From the NCBI RefSeq assembly GCF_001194135.2, contig NC_068982.1, positions 175,723,748 to 175,776,701 of the forward strand: DNA of 52,954 bases, read 5' to 3'. The notes under the pieces are model-generated. The model was not told the origin of the DNA. It did no database searches and saw only the letters and a program-made list of their open reading frames with translations. Numbering within the stretch: the first letter of the stretch is position 1; the number at the start of each line of letters is the position of its first letter. Positions 12,128-24,500 of the stretch are shown in pieces. This DNA is from Octopus bimaculoides (lineage: Eukaryota). Both the position numbers and the translations under genes were made by a program.

Positions 12128-12156
12128 TTTATTAATAAAGCTGCAAAGACATCGCA

Positions 12157-12202
12157 AAAACTGTTACTCAGAGTTTCACATTCCCGTTCGGCAGGCAGTT
12201 TT
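12157..12202 (-). ncRNA. Type I hammerhead-ribozyme fold, copy A (A6C core variant)
   Basis: The minus strand reads AAAACTGC-CTGCCGA-ACG-GGAA-TGT-GAA-ACT-CTG-AGT-A-ACAGTTTT. All three stems form and the cleavage triplet is GUA. Confidence 0.65.
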
Positions 12203-12280
12203 GGTTGAGAATGGAACATTATGAGAATGTTTGGTTGATAATGAAGCAATATACAACCATATTTTGTTTCACTCTCAACC

Positions 12281-12326
12281 AAAACTCTTCGATGAACGAG
12301 AATGTGAAACTCTGAGTAACAGTTTT
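12281..12326 (+). ncRNA. Type I hammerhead-ribozyme fold, copy B (C3U/U4C core variant)
   Basis: The plus strand reads AAAACTCT-TCGATGA-ACG-AGAA-TGT-GAA-ACT-CTG-AGT-A-ACAGTTTT. Confidence 0.65.
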
Positions 12327-12456
12327 TGTGATGTCTTTGTAGCTTTATTAATAAAGCATATTACTCTACCTCCACTATTCGGATACTAGTTTTTCCACGT
12401 TGTTTCACATTTACGTGCTTACTCTGGTATGTGTATACATATATATATATATATAT

Positions 12457-12684
12457 GTGGCCGTTGCCAGTACCGCCTGACTGGCCTTTGTGCCGGTGGC
12501 ACGTAAAAGCACCCACTACACTCTCTGAGTGGTTGGTGTTAGGAAAGGCATCCAGCTGTAGAAACTCTGCCAAATCAGATTGGAGCCTGGTGTAGCCATC
12601 TGGTTTCACCAGTCCTCAGTCAAATTGTCCAGCCCATGCTAGCACAGAAAGTGGACGTTAAACGATGATGATGATGATGATGAT
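12457..12684 (+). mobile_element. Young 5'-truncated (GAT)n-tailed retroposon copy
   Basis: ...tgtagaaactctgccaaatcagattggagcctggtgtagccatctgg...gacgttaaacgatgatgat, nearly identical to the copies at 15253 and 20911. Confidence 0.85.
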
Positions 12685-13400
12685 ACATACATACATATAT
12701 GCCGACAAACAGACAGATAGATAGATATAAAGGTAAATGGACTTCTATTAGTTTTAACACCTAGCATTCAGTAGTTCAATCAAGTGAATTGTGTATTGAA
12801 TTAGTAAGTAGCTAAATATTCTAGAGACATTAATTATCTCTTAAATCTTTTAGTCAGGAAAAAAGATAATACCTGTGAACTTTTGCAGGGCTTCTGAGGT
12901 TGGGGTGGGCAGAAAATGGTATGCATCATAAAGACCTGGCCCAAATGCTTGCAACAAAGTGTACTCCAACAAAAATACCTAATGGTGCCCATAGCTAGGT
13001 GTGTTAAACAGGGTGACAAATTAAGTTTATTGCTCAAGTAAACCACAATGGGATTCAAACTGAGAATGTAAAGCATCAAACCTTACATTCTTACAGTTCC
13101 ACAAATCCAGTGCCCTGGACTGGTATTTTTCTATCACTCCTGAAAGGGTGAAAGACAAAATTGACCTCAGGGAGACTTGAACTTGAAGCAGAGAGAGACA
13201 GGAGAAATACCAACTCTCTCACAGTTTACATACTCTTTGTACTGTTAAATTACAGGTACAATCATTTTGTTAGGCTCCAGGAGAATTTCCGTCAACACAA
13301 TTTCACATGTAAAGTTTGGGATGACCCAGGATCTACATTGCAAAATGAACTTCTTAACCATTCAGCTATACTGCTTAATATGCGTAGCAGCATGTGTGTC

Positions 13401-13442
<42 letters not shown>

Positions 13443-13564
13443 CATACACACACACACACTCAGCCATATATTTTTTACTTTTTCTTCTCTTTATTTGATT
13501 TATTTCCATTAATTTCTTACAGTATTTTATAGTGGTTGTAATAGTGGTCACAGAATTAATAGTG

Positions 13565-13598
<34 letters not shown>

Positions 13599-13888
13599 CA
13601 CACATGTGAGATGTGTGTGTCAAGAGGATTTCTTCCGGGTAGGAAACTGTTTTAACTGTTGAATACAGGATAATAATAACATCGTATGGTGGTGTAGTGT
13701 AGAACAAATAAAACTTCATAATGACTTATCACCAACACAGTAGATGAGGGTGGAGAAGCTAGATGAAGAGGAGGAGGAGATAAAGGGTAAAAACACAGCA
13801 AGCAAAACAAATTAAAATAAAATAAAATAAAACCCAAAATAGAGACAAGCAATTTATTTTCCAGATTCTACCCAAAACAGGATATCTT

Positions 13889-13933
<45 letters not shown>

Positions 13934-15252
13934 ACAGAAGAATGATGATGGCTGCAGTAATGGTGGTCATGGTAGTGGTGGTGATGATGGAGATGGTGAT
14001 GGGGTAGAAAGTAGAGATGAGATAGATAACACAATGTTATAGATGTTTTAACCTTTGCATAGGATTAATAGACATTCCACCACAACTAAGTTGTTTTCTT
14101 GTTATTGTTGAATAACCCTATTAAGTTTTGTTTAAGCAGACTTTCTGGCAAAAGGTAGGAGCGAAGATATAGTTTTTTTAATGAATTTTTTAGCTTTGGT
14201 TATTAGATCCGTGTTGTGGTGGGGCAACATAGTTCTTAAGACTTCAGTTTTTAACTCTTCATAAAAGCATGATAATTTAAGATACTCAGATGGAGATGGG
14301 TTTGGAGAAGAGTTTGGTCTATTGAAGAAGATTTGGCAGTGGCATATATAGAAGAAAGTTAACTACCAACAGGAAATTTTTCATTTTTCATTGTTATTTT
14401 TGGTGGTGTTGCTGCTTTAATAAAAACAACCAGGAGGAAATTTCTACATGGTCACTTAAACAGCAAAGATTAGCAACCAAATCTACCTTAAATCACACCT
14501 CCCACTGCTTTTTATTTCTTCTATAAAATGGAGAGGTTAATTTGAATAATGTAAGTCCTAGATACCTCTAAAAAGTTGAAATGTTCACAAAATATAAATC
14601 TGTTAGATCAGAGCTGATGAGTAGCTGATTAAGAACTAGCCAAGAAAAGAACTGTATAATCTGCTGAAACTGTAGTAGTAAAATCTCCATCATCAAACTA
14701 TCTCATCCACTGCCTTTAGAGTAGACACCACATGCATGTTTAGCATGCTAAATCTCATCACAGCATGTCTGCAATTAAGGCTGAATGACAAATTGAGATG
14801 TAAATAAAGTGGTGGGTGATAAACCTTCAGGCGAGAGTGTAGTTGTGAGAGTGGTGGTGTAATACACTTGGCTATAACTAATATGCTAAGAAGATGTGGT
14901 GATGTAAAACAACTCAAGAGAGGTGAGAGTGGTTGTAGCATGTTTAACTTTCAAGGTTCAGTTGTAGGCGGGGTGGTGGTTGGGCTATAATATAGCTGGT
15001 CATTGCAATATTAATCTGGGAGTGAAATGTACTGGTGTAATGCTAGCTGTATAGATATGGTCATTTTTGTATGAGATAATTGGTTAGTAGCAGTGGTCAG
15101 TGGAGTATTGTGATGTACTTTACTATGGCTGTAGTTTAATAACATCAGGTAAACCTTGAGTGAGGAAACCTATGATCAAAGGTGTTTTATCAATTTTTTA
15201 AAGGTACAGCATGATTTAAAGAAGTTTTGCTGATATTTCTAACAATTTGAAG

Positions 15253-15403
15253 GTGGTGTTAGGAAGGGCATCCAGCTGTAGAAACTCTGCCAACTCAGAT
15301 TGGAGCCTGGTGTAACCATCTGGTTCACCAGTCCTCAGTCAAATCGTCCAGCCCATGCTAGCATGGAAAGCAGATGTTAAACGATGATGATGATGATGAT
15401 GAT
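15253..15403 (+). mobile_element. 5'-truncated copy of the same (GAT)n-tailed family
   Basis: Near-identical to about 12535-12684 and ends in (gat)n. Confidence 0.85.
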
Positions 15404-17069
15404 GTAAGGATTAATTTCTTTGGCTCATTTTCATTATTATTGTGTGCCGATTCTGATCCAACTATACATATGAATAAAGGTTATCATGTTGTTTTGATGC
15501 ACAGTTTACATTATGCATTTGAAAGGTAGACAGGCCTGCAGTATTAGAGGCTCTTTGATTTGTTGTTAATTATACCATATTCACAGGTATGTCAACATTT
15601 CTAGGTTGATAGTTATATAAGCTGCAAAGATTAAGTAGGAGTAAATATATTTAGAGTACTGCTAAACCTCAAGTGACTTTTAAGGGCTGGAACGTAATTT
15701 GGGTTTCATAGTGCTCAATGAGTGGGAGATAAATTTCTCCTTCAGTAGAATGCCCTTCCGATGCAGCTAACATTCCCAAAAGATATAGCATCTATTTCCA
15801 GCAGCTAGATAAAGTGATTCAATATAGAACAAAGTGTTCTGTTATGATACACAATGAAACACCTGTTGTAAATTTGAACCGATGACCTATGAACAAGCAC
15901 TTTAATACCATACCAATTCAGACACCTTCTGTGCAAACTGATTTATATTTTATTCTTATATTGGTTTTAGTCAATGGACTGTGCTCATGTTAAGGCACCT
16001 CTTTCAATGGTTTTTGTTGATTGTATCAATCTGAGTATCTTGTCTAGTATATTTATTTGATTAAATTCACATAGGATGAAAGGTAAATCATTTTTAGCAT
16101 AGCAAGATATTTTTGTTTGGTGCATTGGTTTTGATCATTTTATATTAATACAAATACACATGTATATGTGTGTGTGTGCATGTATACACACTCAATAGGT
16201 TAGTGCACAATTTTCAAATTTAACAAGTTTACATAAAGCCTCATGTTTTGCATCAGTATAGGCTACACAGTAATCACATCTTCACAAGGAAATGAAAATA
16301 TTAAAAATGAAAGACCAGCTGATGATGTAAGGTACACTATTTTCTATTTTCATCTTCATTTATTTTTTCCAAACACTCAATGTCTACACAAATCTAGAAA
16401 CAACATCAAGAAGTAAATGCATGGCCAATCAACCTATGAAGGCAACAGCCATAACTCCCTCACATCTTATAACTGAAGAATTGGATAATGTAGTCTTAGA
16501 TACAGTGTCTGAATAAAATGGGAAGGGGACAGCTATGATAACTTTGATCACAAGTCTGCTCCATCAAGGGTAACTTGAAGCTGATCAACAACAAAGAACA
16601 CAAAATAGTGTCTTGTTTATCTAGGCTGTGTTTAATTAGGAAAAGATTGCTTTCAATGAAAGGTCAATACTATGTGTATGGCTGCTGCATGTAAATCATT
16701 TCCTTTTAAACCAGAGCACTACTTTTTTTACTTTATTTTGTTGTTATTCCCCTGATAAGCTTTGCTTGTTCAAGAATAGAATATAATTTTATTATTACAT
16801 TTTTTTTTTATTTCAGTCAATATTTAAAAATAATTTTGATTGAATATTGTTACACTGAGTAAATACTTGAAAAATTTAATCTGTTAATCTGTATAGTTGC
16901 AGGTCAGCCTGATCCAGCAGCCAATAAAAAGAAAAGATTTTCCAAACGTGAACTGCTTGTTTTTTGAATTTCCAAGCTTATATTATCTACTGTATCCTTC
17001 TATTTTAGGTCTATAGGAGATGATTTGAGAGCAATTTTGCTGCTATTTCTAGCTGACCTCTTACAAAGA

Positions 17070-17337
17070 GCACCATTAGATTTCCACCTGTTTCGGTCAC
17101 TTCAAAATTTATTGAATGGACTGACTTTCAACTGTGAAGTGAGAGTAAAAATTCATGGTTTTCATCAGTAAAGAAGGAAAATTCTTTGAGCAGGGAATAA
17201 TGAATCTGCCTACAAGATTGCAGAAAATACCAGAACAAAGTGGTAATTATATTAATGATTGAATTAATCATTGTATTTAAAACTTGTGTCTTATTTTTGT
17301 TTAAGAAACTAACTGGACTTCTTTGGCCAACACAATA
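17070..17337 (+). mobile_element. mariner transposase C-terminal remnant with 3' TIR
   Basis: Reads APLDFHLFRSLQNLLNGLTFNCEVRVK...FISKEGKFFEQGIMNLPTRLQKIPEQSGNYIND*, matching the mariner DLAPSDYHLFRSL and GI..LP.RW motifs. It ends ttggccaacacaa|TA. Confidence 0.8.
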
Positions 17338-17439
17338 GTGTCATCTTCATATGCTACAAAGGTAAAGAAGAAGCTCTACAAAGAAGTAATCACAGAAGCA
17401 ACACTAGGACAAACCCACTTCTGGCAGTTACAAGAAGTG

Positions 17440-18095
17440 TCATAGAACTAACCACAAAATAAGATGAGATGCAGTTTATTTGTAACAGGATGGAATATCA
17501 TGGATGCCCTTATCCTAGTAAGACAACAATAAAAAAGGTTCATAGCAAAAAGTAAAAGGTAAGAGTAAGATGGTACAGACATGAAGGTGACCTAATAAAC
17601 AGCAGAGGTGGGTGTTCCAAAAGCATAGTAACCAGAGTAAGAATGGAATGGAATGGAAAAGGTTGAAGGAGCTATTATTTCTCCTAGCAATAGAGGGACT
17701 CTTTCTTTCAGAGTGATAGGCAGTTTATATGATTCTTATGTACAAAATGCAATGTTGCATGGAAGCAAGGCTCATGAGCATTGAATACAGAGAATGTGCA
17801 AAGACTGAAAAAAAAAACGATGCAAGCATACTCCATTGGATGTGTAGTGCAAGTGTGCATCATGCACAATGGAACAAAAGTGAACCGAGAGAAAAGCTGA
17901 GTATAAGAGGAGTCAAATGTATTATGTAAAAGGGAAGAGTAAGATGGTACAGACATGATACATATAGAGGATAACAGCTGAATAAAGAAATGCTAGTTGA
18001 TTTGAATAGAAAGAACCAGTGGAAGTGGAAGGAACCAGGGGGAAGTGGAAGACCAATACAGATACTGGAAGAAGTGGTCAAAGCTGAAGCCTAGG
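17440..18095 (+). mobile_element. Highly decayed RTE-like LINE C-terminal pieces
   Basis: aagagtaagatggtacagacatga occurs twice (about 17561 and 17935; RVRWYRH-like), and ggaagaccaatacagatactggaagaagtggtcaaagct resembles the GRP..TW.EVVK motif. Confidence 0.35.
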
Positions 18096-19494
18096 AAAAT
18101 AGGTAGGCTTAAATAATGATAAGAATCAACTTCAGCAGGATTTAAAATTAATGTAGAAAAGCAAGAGGGCAAATATCGAGAAAAAAAAAAACAGAAGAGA
18201 AAAAGAAAAAAGAAGAAAACCTACAATTTGGTCTGACATTGGACGTTTTCTTTGAGCATATCACCATAAGAATTAGTAATATTATGATGGTAGAGGGTGA
18301 TGGATTAACAGAATTCAGAAAATGTTGGAAAAATACCTTATGGTATTTAATATGGCTCTTTGTATTCTGATTTTAAGTCTTACCAGGGTTAAGTTCACTA
18401 TTCATGCTTCCAGTGTCCATAAAAATGAGTGCAAGTACTAGAGAGCAAAGTATAACCAAATGTGAGCACTTGTGCTTTTGTTAGAAATCAATGTTAATGA
18501 TAGTAATGATGAAGCTGATGATAACAATGACAGTGATGATGATGATGATGATGAATATAATCAGTTTTGATAGTCACTGCTGGCTGCAAGTATTAGTCTG
18601 TGTACATGAAGCTACAACACAATTTCGTGATAAATAACCAAGGTTGGTACATAGCTGGCTGAACGCATGACTAAATAACAGTGATGTTGTTTTGGTGTTA
18701 ATGTCCTCTCCATTGTATTGTCTAAATGACACTGTGTACATAAAAATGTCACATTAGCTTTTGTCACTGCTGTCATTGCTGTTACAGACTCAAAACTATT
18801 AGCGCTTCTATCATGGCCCAAATACATAAAAAAGAAAACTATATTGAGCACTACCAGCTGATATAACACTGATATAAAAATAACATGTAGTGTGTTTAGC
18901 CCAAAATCAGTCCTAACCAAACAGAACTATGATCAAAGGTGTTCTAGTTATGGCCATCACTTCTTGAATATTTATGCTCATCTTGTTAGTTTTAAGACTT
19001 TTTAAAAACTGCCCACTCTGTTATGAGAAGAGATTTGATTGCTATTTCTAACAGGTAGAATGGCCACATTGAGGCTTCATTGTTAACTCATTATCTTTAT
19101 TGTTTCACACAACACTTCAGCACTAAGTACTCCTACTTGATTAAGTGACTTGCATGGTGAGTGTGAATATCACATACTAATTCATTCAGGTACACAGCTC
19201 TGCAACTGGCACAGTGTGCAATATCTTATTTTCATTCACAAGATGAGTTGTCAATTCATCACCCATCCTCACTGTCCAGCTTGGCTTCTTCTGCAGAAGG
19301 ATGCTTTACTCTAAAAGTGAAAACAAAAGATAATGTGTCATCTCATATGTGAAACTCAGAAACCTAACAACCCAAGATCTAACTTCACTATTTCTCTTCA
19401 TCTTACTTTTTTTCTATGAATAAACTCTACTACTATTGGCACAGGATGCTTTTCAACTCATCACCCTTCATCCATTCACATCACACATCTTTTA

Positions 19495-19885
19495 TTTTTT
19501 ACTTGTGTCAGTCATTAGACAGTGACCATGCTGGGGCACCACCTTGAAGAAATTTTAGTCAAATGAACCAACTCCAGTATTTTTTTTTTTTTAAGCCTGG
19601 TACTTATTCTATCAGTCTCTTTTGCCAAACCAGTAAATTACAGGGACGTAAACACATCAACACTGGTTGTCAAGAGATGGTGGTGGTGGTGGTGGACAAA
19701 CATAGACACAAAGACACACCCCCACACACACATATATATATATGACAGGCTTCTTTGAGTTTCCGTCTACTAAATCCACTCACAAGGCTTTGGTTGGCCC
19801 AAGGCAACAGTAGAAGACACTTGTCACACTGGGACTGAATCCAGAATCATGTGGTTGGGAAGCAAGCATCTTACCACACAACCAC
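19495..19885 (-). mobile_element. tRNA-headed SINE with internal (TG/TA) tract, near full length, diverged
   Basis: Colinear with 29714-30053 and 35797-36003, from tacttgtgtcagtcatt to atgtggttgggaagcaagcatcttaccacac. Confidence 0.75.
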
Positions 19886-20910
19886 AGTAAGCCACCAACC
19901 TTTTGTAATCATCAACTGATACTTCTAATGCTCAGTTACTTTCACAGTTACTTGCATCTCAAACTTCCATGCAAGTTAACGTTGCATGATACTTTCAAAC
20001 TAATAGAGGAATGGGGCATCAAGAGTTAAATGTCTTGGCCACAGGTACAACATGTTGACCAAAGACCTGGTACAGACTTCCAGTTCTCAAAGCAGGTAAA
20101 ATGGTTCTCAGTCATACTGACCACCTTTGGTGCCAATTTACATCGTTTGCTGAAGAAGTTTGTTACTACACTAAATATGTGAAGAAATGTCTTGCTTGTT
20201 TTTAGTATGATCTTATTGATAGGTTTGAGGGTAGAGGCAATAGTGACAGTGACACTGTGTTTGATATGATATGGTTGTGGTAACAATGATTTGATTGTTG
20301 TTTAGCCCCGAGTCAGGTCAGACCTATGATTATGGCCACCTTGTCTTATTCAAATTGTGCATCCAGGACAATATTATCCAATATTTTCTTTAAATCTAAG
20401 ATGGTATGATGAGATCTGGTTCTATTTCTAGTTCAGGTAGAGACATCCTTCGTTGGTGATTGAAGTGATTATGATGGTAATAATGAAAATAGCTGTAGTG
20501 GTTGTCATGGATTGAAAGGAGTGGCAATGTTGAAAGCAAAGATGATGACGGCGATGCCAATATTAGCTATCATTCTTGCAGCAGTAACAGTTGTGGTAAT
20601 AACAGTAATGGTAAAAACAGTGATGATGTTATAATAATGGTAATAGTAATATATTACTATTACCATTATTATATTTATCTTATGATATTTACTTTGCTTT
20701 ATATTATACTCATTTATTGTGCTTTTAATTGTTAATTTTTCTATATGTGATAGTGGATTTTCATCAATGAGTTCTTGAAACTTGGTTATTTTCCCTAAAA
20801 CTATATATTTTATATATATTTTATCTATAAAGCTCAATTTAATTTTAATTTTTCATAAATTGATTTTAATTGAGTTTTTACCTGTAATTTTGGATTTTGT
20901 CCCTAATATT

Positions 20911-21023
20911 AGAAACTCTGCCAAATCAGATTGGAGCCTGGTGTAGCCATCTGGTTTCACCAGTCCTCAGTCAAATCGTTCAACCCATGCTAGCATGGAA
21001 AGCGGACGTTAAATGATGACGAT
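20911..21023 (+). mobile_element. Shortest 5'-truncated copy of the (GAT)n-tailed family
   Basis: agaaactctgccaaatcagattggagcctgg...ggacgttaaatgatgac. Confidence 0.85.
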
Positions 21024-21523
21024 ATATATATACACACACACACATATATTTATACACATACATTCATATGTATATACATACATATTCATATACACACACA
21101 CACATTTACATATATATTCATTTATTTATATACATATATATATACACATATATTTAATGTTGATGATGGAAGAAGATGATGAATATAATGGTGATAAAGA
21201 TGACAATAACACTGAAATACTAAACCATGAAGCAGCCCTCACAAAATAGGTACTGTTAACAGATGGTAACATGAGATCTATAACAAACATGTCATACACA
21301 TGACAACGGGTGTTGAGATTGATAACAACATAAGCAACAGCAGAAGCAGTAATAGTGACATATTGGAACAAAATAAATATATTGAATTTTACTAGAAGTA
21401 TAAGAATTGAGAATTATGCAGAGAAGTGGGAGGGGGAAGTATATGTAATGTATTATGTAGAGAGAGAGAGCGGGGGGGGGGATAGAGGAAGAGTCAGAGT
21501 GTATGAGGGTGTTTATGTTGCCA

Positions 21524-21556
<33 letters not shown>

Positions 21557-24500
21557 CAAAAGAAAAATGCGGATGAAGATATGTTTAAATACACTGATTG
21601 AATATACATTCAGAATTATCAAATAGAGAGTAAATTTAGTGCACGTATGTATATAGATGCGTACATAATTACATTACACGTATGTACACGAACACATACT
21701 ACAAGCATTACGAGGTGAAATATTACACCCAATCACGTGCTCAAGCACTAATTGCATAGAAATACAAAGCATAACCATGCTCACACATTAAAGAAAAGGA
21801 ATTGTAGAACACATAAGCGTAAATGCCTAGTGACAATATATGTGTGTGTGTGTGTGTGTGTGTATATAAACACATGAATGTGTGGTTAAGGAGTTTGTTG
21901 TGCAACTACGTGATGTAAGGTTCGATTTCGCTGTATGTCACATTGGAATAGAATTCGGTATATAGAGATTATAAGAAGAAGAAAAAAAAATGTTAAAGGC
22001 ATGTATGTGGGTGGTGGTGGTGGTGGTGACAGAACGAATACATTTCAAATGTTTTATTTGCTATTAGTGTTCAACTGAATTATCTCCCTTTACATCAATT
22101 GAAGGCGGTGCCCTGGCATAGCTGCAGTTCAATGACTGTAACCAATAAAAAAAAAAAGAAAAGAAAAAATATATACATTCATAGAAAATAAATTCTAAGA
22201 AGTACACTACACACCCATACACTCGCACACACATACATTCTCTTCCTTCTCTTTTCTCTCTCTCTTTAAATGCACAGTTCAATAGACAGCAAGACAGACA
22301 CTTACAGAATGAAGGAGAGATATAACTAGGTCACAGCATAAGCAAGTTTTATTCTTACCAAAAACTATTATTGAGTAAAAGTAAACAATGCTTGTTGTGG
22401 TAGGTGAGGGGTAATCCACAGAGCTGCCATCAACACATCGACACGCGCGCGCACACATACACACATACATACATGTACACATAAAAAACACCATGACAAC
22501 AAGCTGGTGACTACAAGACAAAGTCCATGTATGGAACAGATGGATTATGTAATGTAAAGAAAAATAGAAAGAGAGAGAGAGTCAGACGGGCACAAAGACA
22601 AACAGACAGTCAGGTAGATAGAGAAAAACAAAGATAGACAGACAGACAGACAGAGAGAAAAGGAAAGAGAGAGAGAGAGAGAAAGGGATAGACAGGCAGA
22701 GAAATAGATAAATTCATGTGTGTGTAGGCAACATAGAGAGTGAGAAAACCAGTCTATTTGATTATCATAGATATTACATTTACAATAATTTATTTTACAA
22801 AACTGTGTAAAATACATTATAGTATGTGCATTGAATATAATATATATAGTTTACAGATTATGTAAAATGTATTTATATTATTAGTTTATATTGCAAACAT
22901 ACAACAGGATAATATAATTTTGTACTTGAGAAAAAAAAAAACTGACTGAGAAAAGAATAAATTACTGAACAAATAAGTTGCATAAAAACACAATTAATAT
23001 AGACTATGTGATATTTAAATTGGTGGTCTTGTGGATATGAATGCTATTGCTTAGTTCAAAAAAATAATCCCTGGTTCAAAACCAGTCTATAACTGAGTAT
23101 GCATACAGAAATAGGCTTACTACCTGTTGATGACTGGAGATCAAGCCAATCAAAATGTACTGCAGATTAAAATAAGGGACAATCATTTCTAAAGTTGAAA
23201 TTCAAAGTTAGTTGATCATTGTTATCACCGTCATTATCTTTTACAATCCATTTTTCATGCTGGCATGGGTTAGACAGTTTTGATAGGATACAGAGAGCCA
23301 CTGGGATGCACTGAATTCCAGTGGCAGCTTTGGCATGGTTTGTATGACTGGATGTCCTTTCTAACGCTAACCACTTTACAGTGTTTTTTTTTTATGAGCA
23401 TTAGCAAGATTAACTCGCAACACAGAAAAAGAACAGGGGATAAAGGAAAAACCACCTGCCACAAGTGGGGAAAGATTTTTTTTTTTTTTTTTTTGAAGGG
23501 GTTTAAGTGGTTTTATACCAGGTGTTGAAAAGTTAATGTATAATAGGAAAACGCAAGTGTCTTTCTACAGAAGATCTGCATGGCTGCCCCACCTTGTATA
23601 GGAGCAGGGGGAACAGTTGGGAAGGATGTAAAGGTGGTAGTAATGAACCAACAAAAAATATATTACCAACTCATTTTAGACTTTTAGCCTCACTTGTCTT
23701 TAGAATTTATTCCTGATAAATATATTATTTTAAAGTGATGAAAGAAGACAAAAGAAAAGTATATGAAAATAAAATAGGATAAATATCCAGCAAAAATGAA
23801 TTAATTAATACATTAATTCTTTCTTGATGGTTTTAGAGGAATGAAGGGTAAACAACAACTTAGGACATTCATGCTTTTGACCAAAGGACTTTTTGATGTG
23901 ATGTAGGTATGAATGAGAACTGCTTCCTCCAGTAAATTCTGCTGCAGTAAAGTGCTTGCCACAAAGCTGATGATGGTGATGTTGGTAGTGGTAGTGATTT
24001 CTTATAGAGATATATAATTTGAGGATCTGACAAGAAGTAAAATGGGAACTGCAACAATTGTACAACTCCTTGAATATCATCATCACTATGCCATGGCCAA
24101 ATGCTGACTTCACTTTTCCTGTATCTGAAGGTTAGACGTCTCTATGTGCAGACTGAAAACACTTCAACTGGTACATTGCTTCAGACACCAACTGGAGTAT
24201 TGTGCTCATGTTAGACATTCTTACAATGTTTAACATTCATTTTATCATCTTTCTCACAAGAGCAATGAGATCTAAATCTAGTTTGGTCAAAAGCTCCATA
24301 TTGAGTGGAAATCATAGCAGAAATCATATCAGCAAGTGTGGTTCACGATTATTGCTGCCACAATCAAGATCTCTGTTATTCATAACGACTTGTGCTGATC
24401 AAAACAACTATATTTCCTCACATGATTTAAAAGATTTGGAAGCTATTTTGAAAAGATTAAATGACTAACATAAGAGGTAACAACTGTGGTGATGAAATTG

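Larger units (their letters stand above)
12127..12430. mobile_element. Head-to-head inverted pair of Penelope-like terminal repeats between (TA)n tracts
   Basis: 12127-12356 is an imperfect inverted repeat bounded by ctttattaataaag on both sides. The right arm continues to about 12430. (TA)n lies at 12088-12125 and about 12433-12456. Confidence 0.65.

Noticed and set aside
14190-15110. Possible old LINE remnant on the minus strand
   Set aside because: No diagnostic motif could be read.
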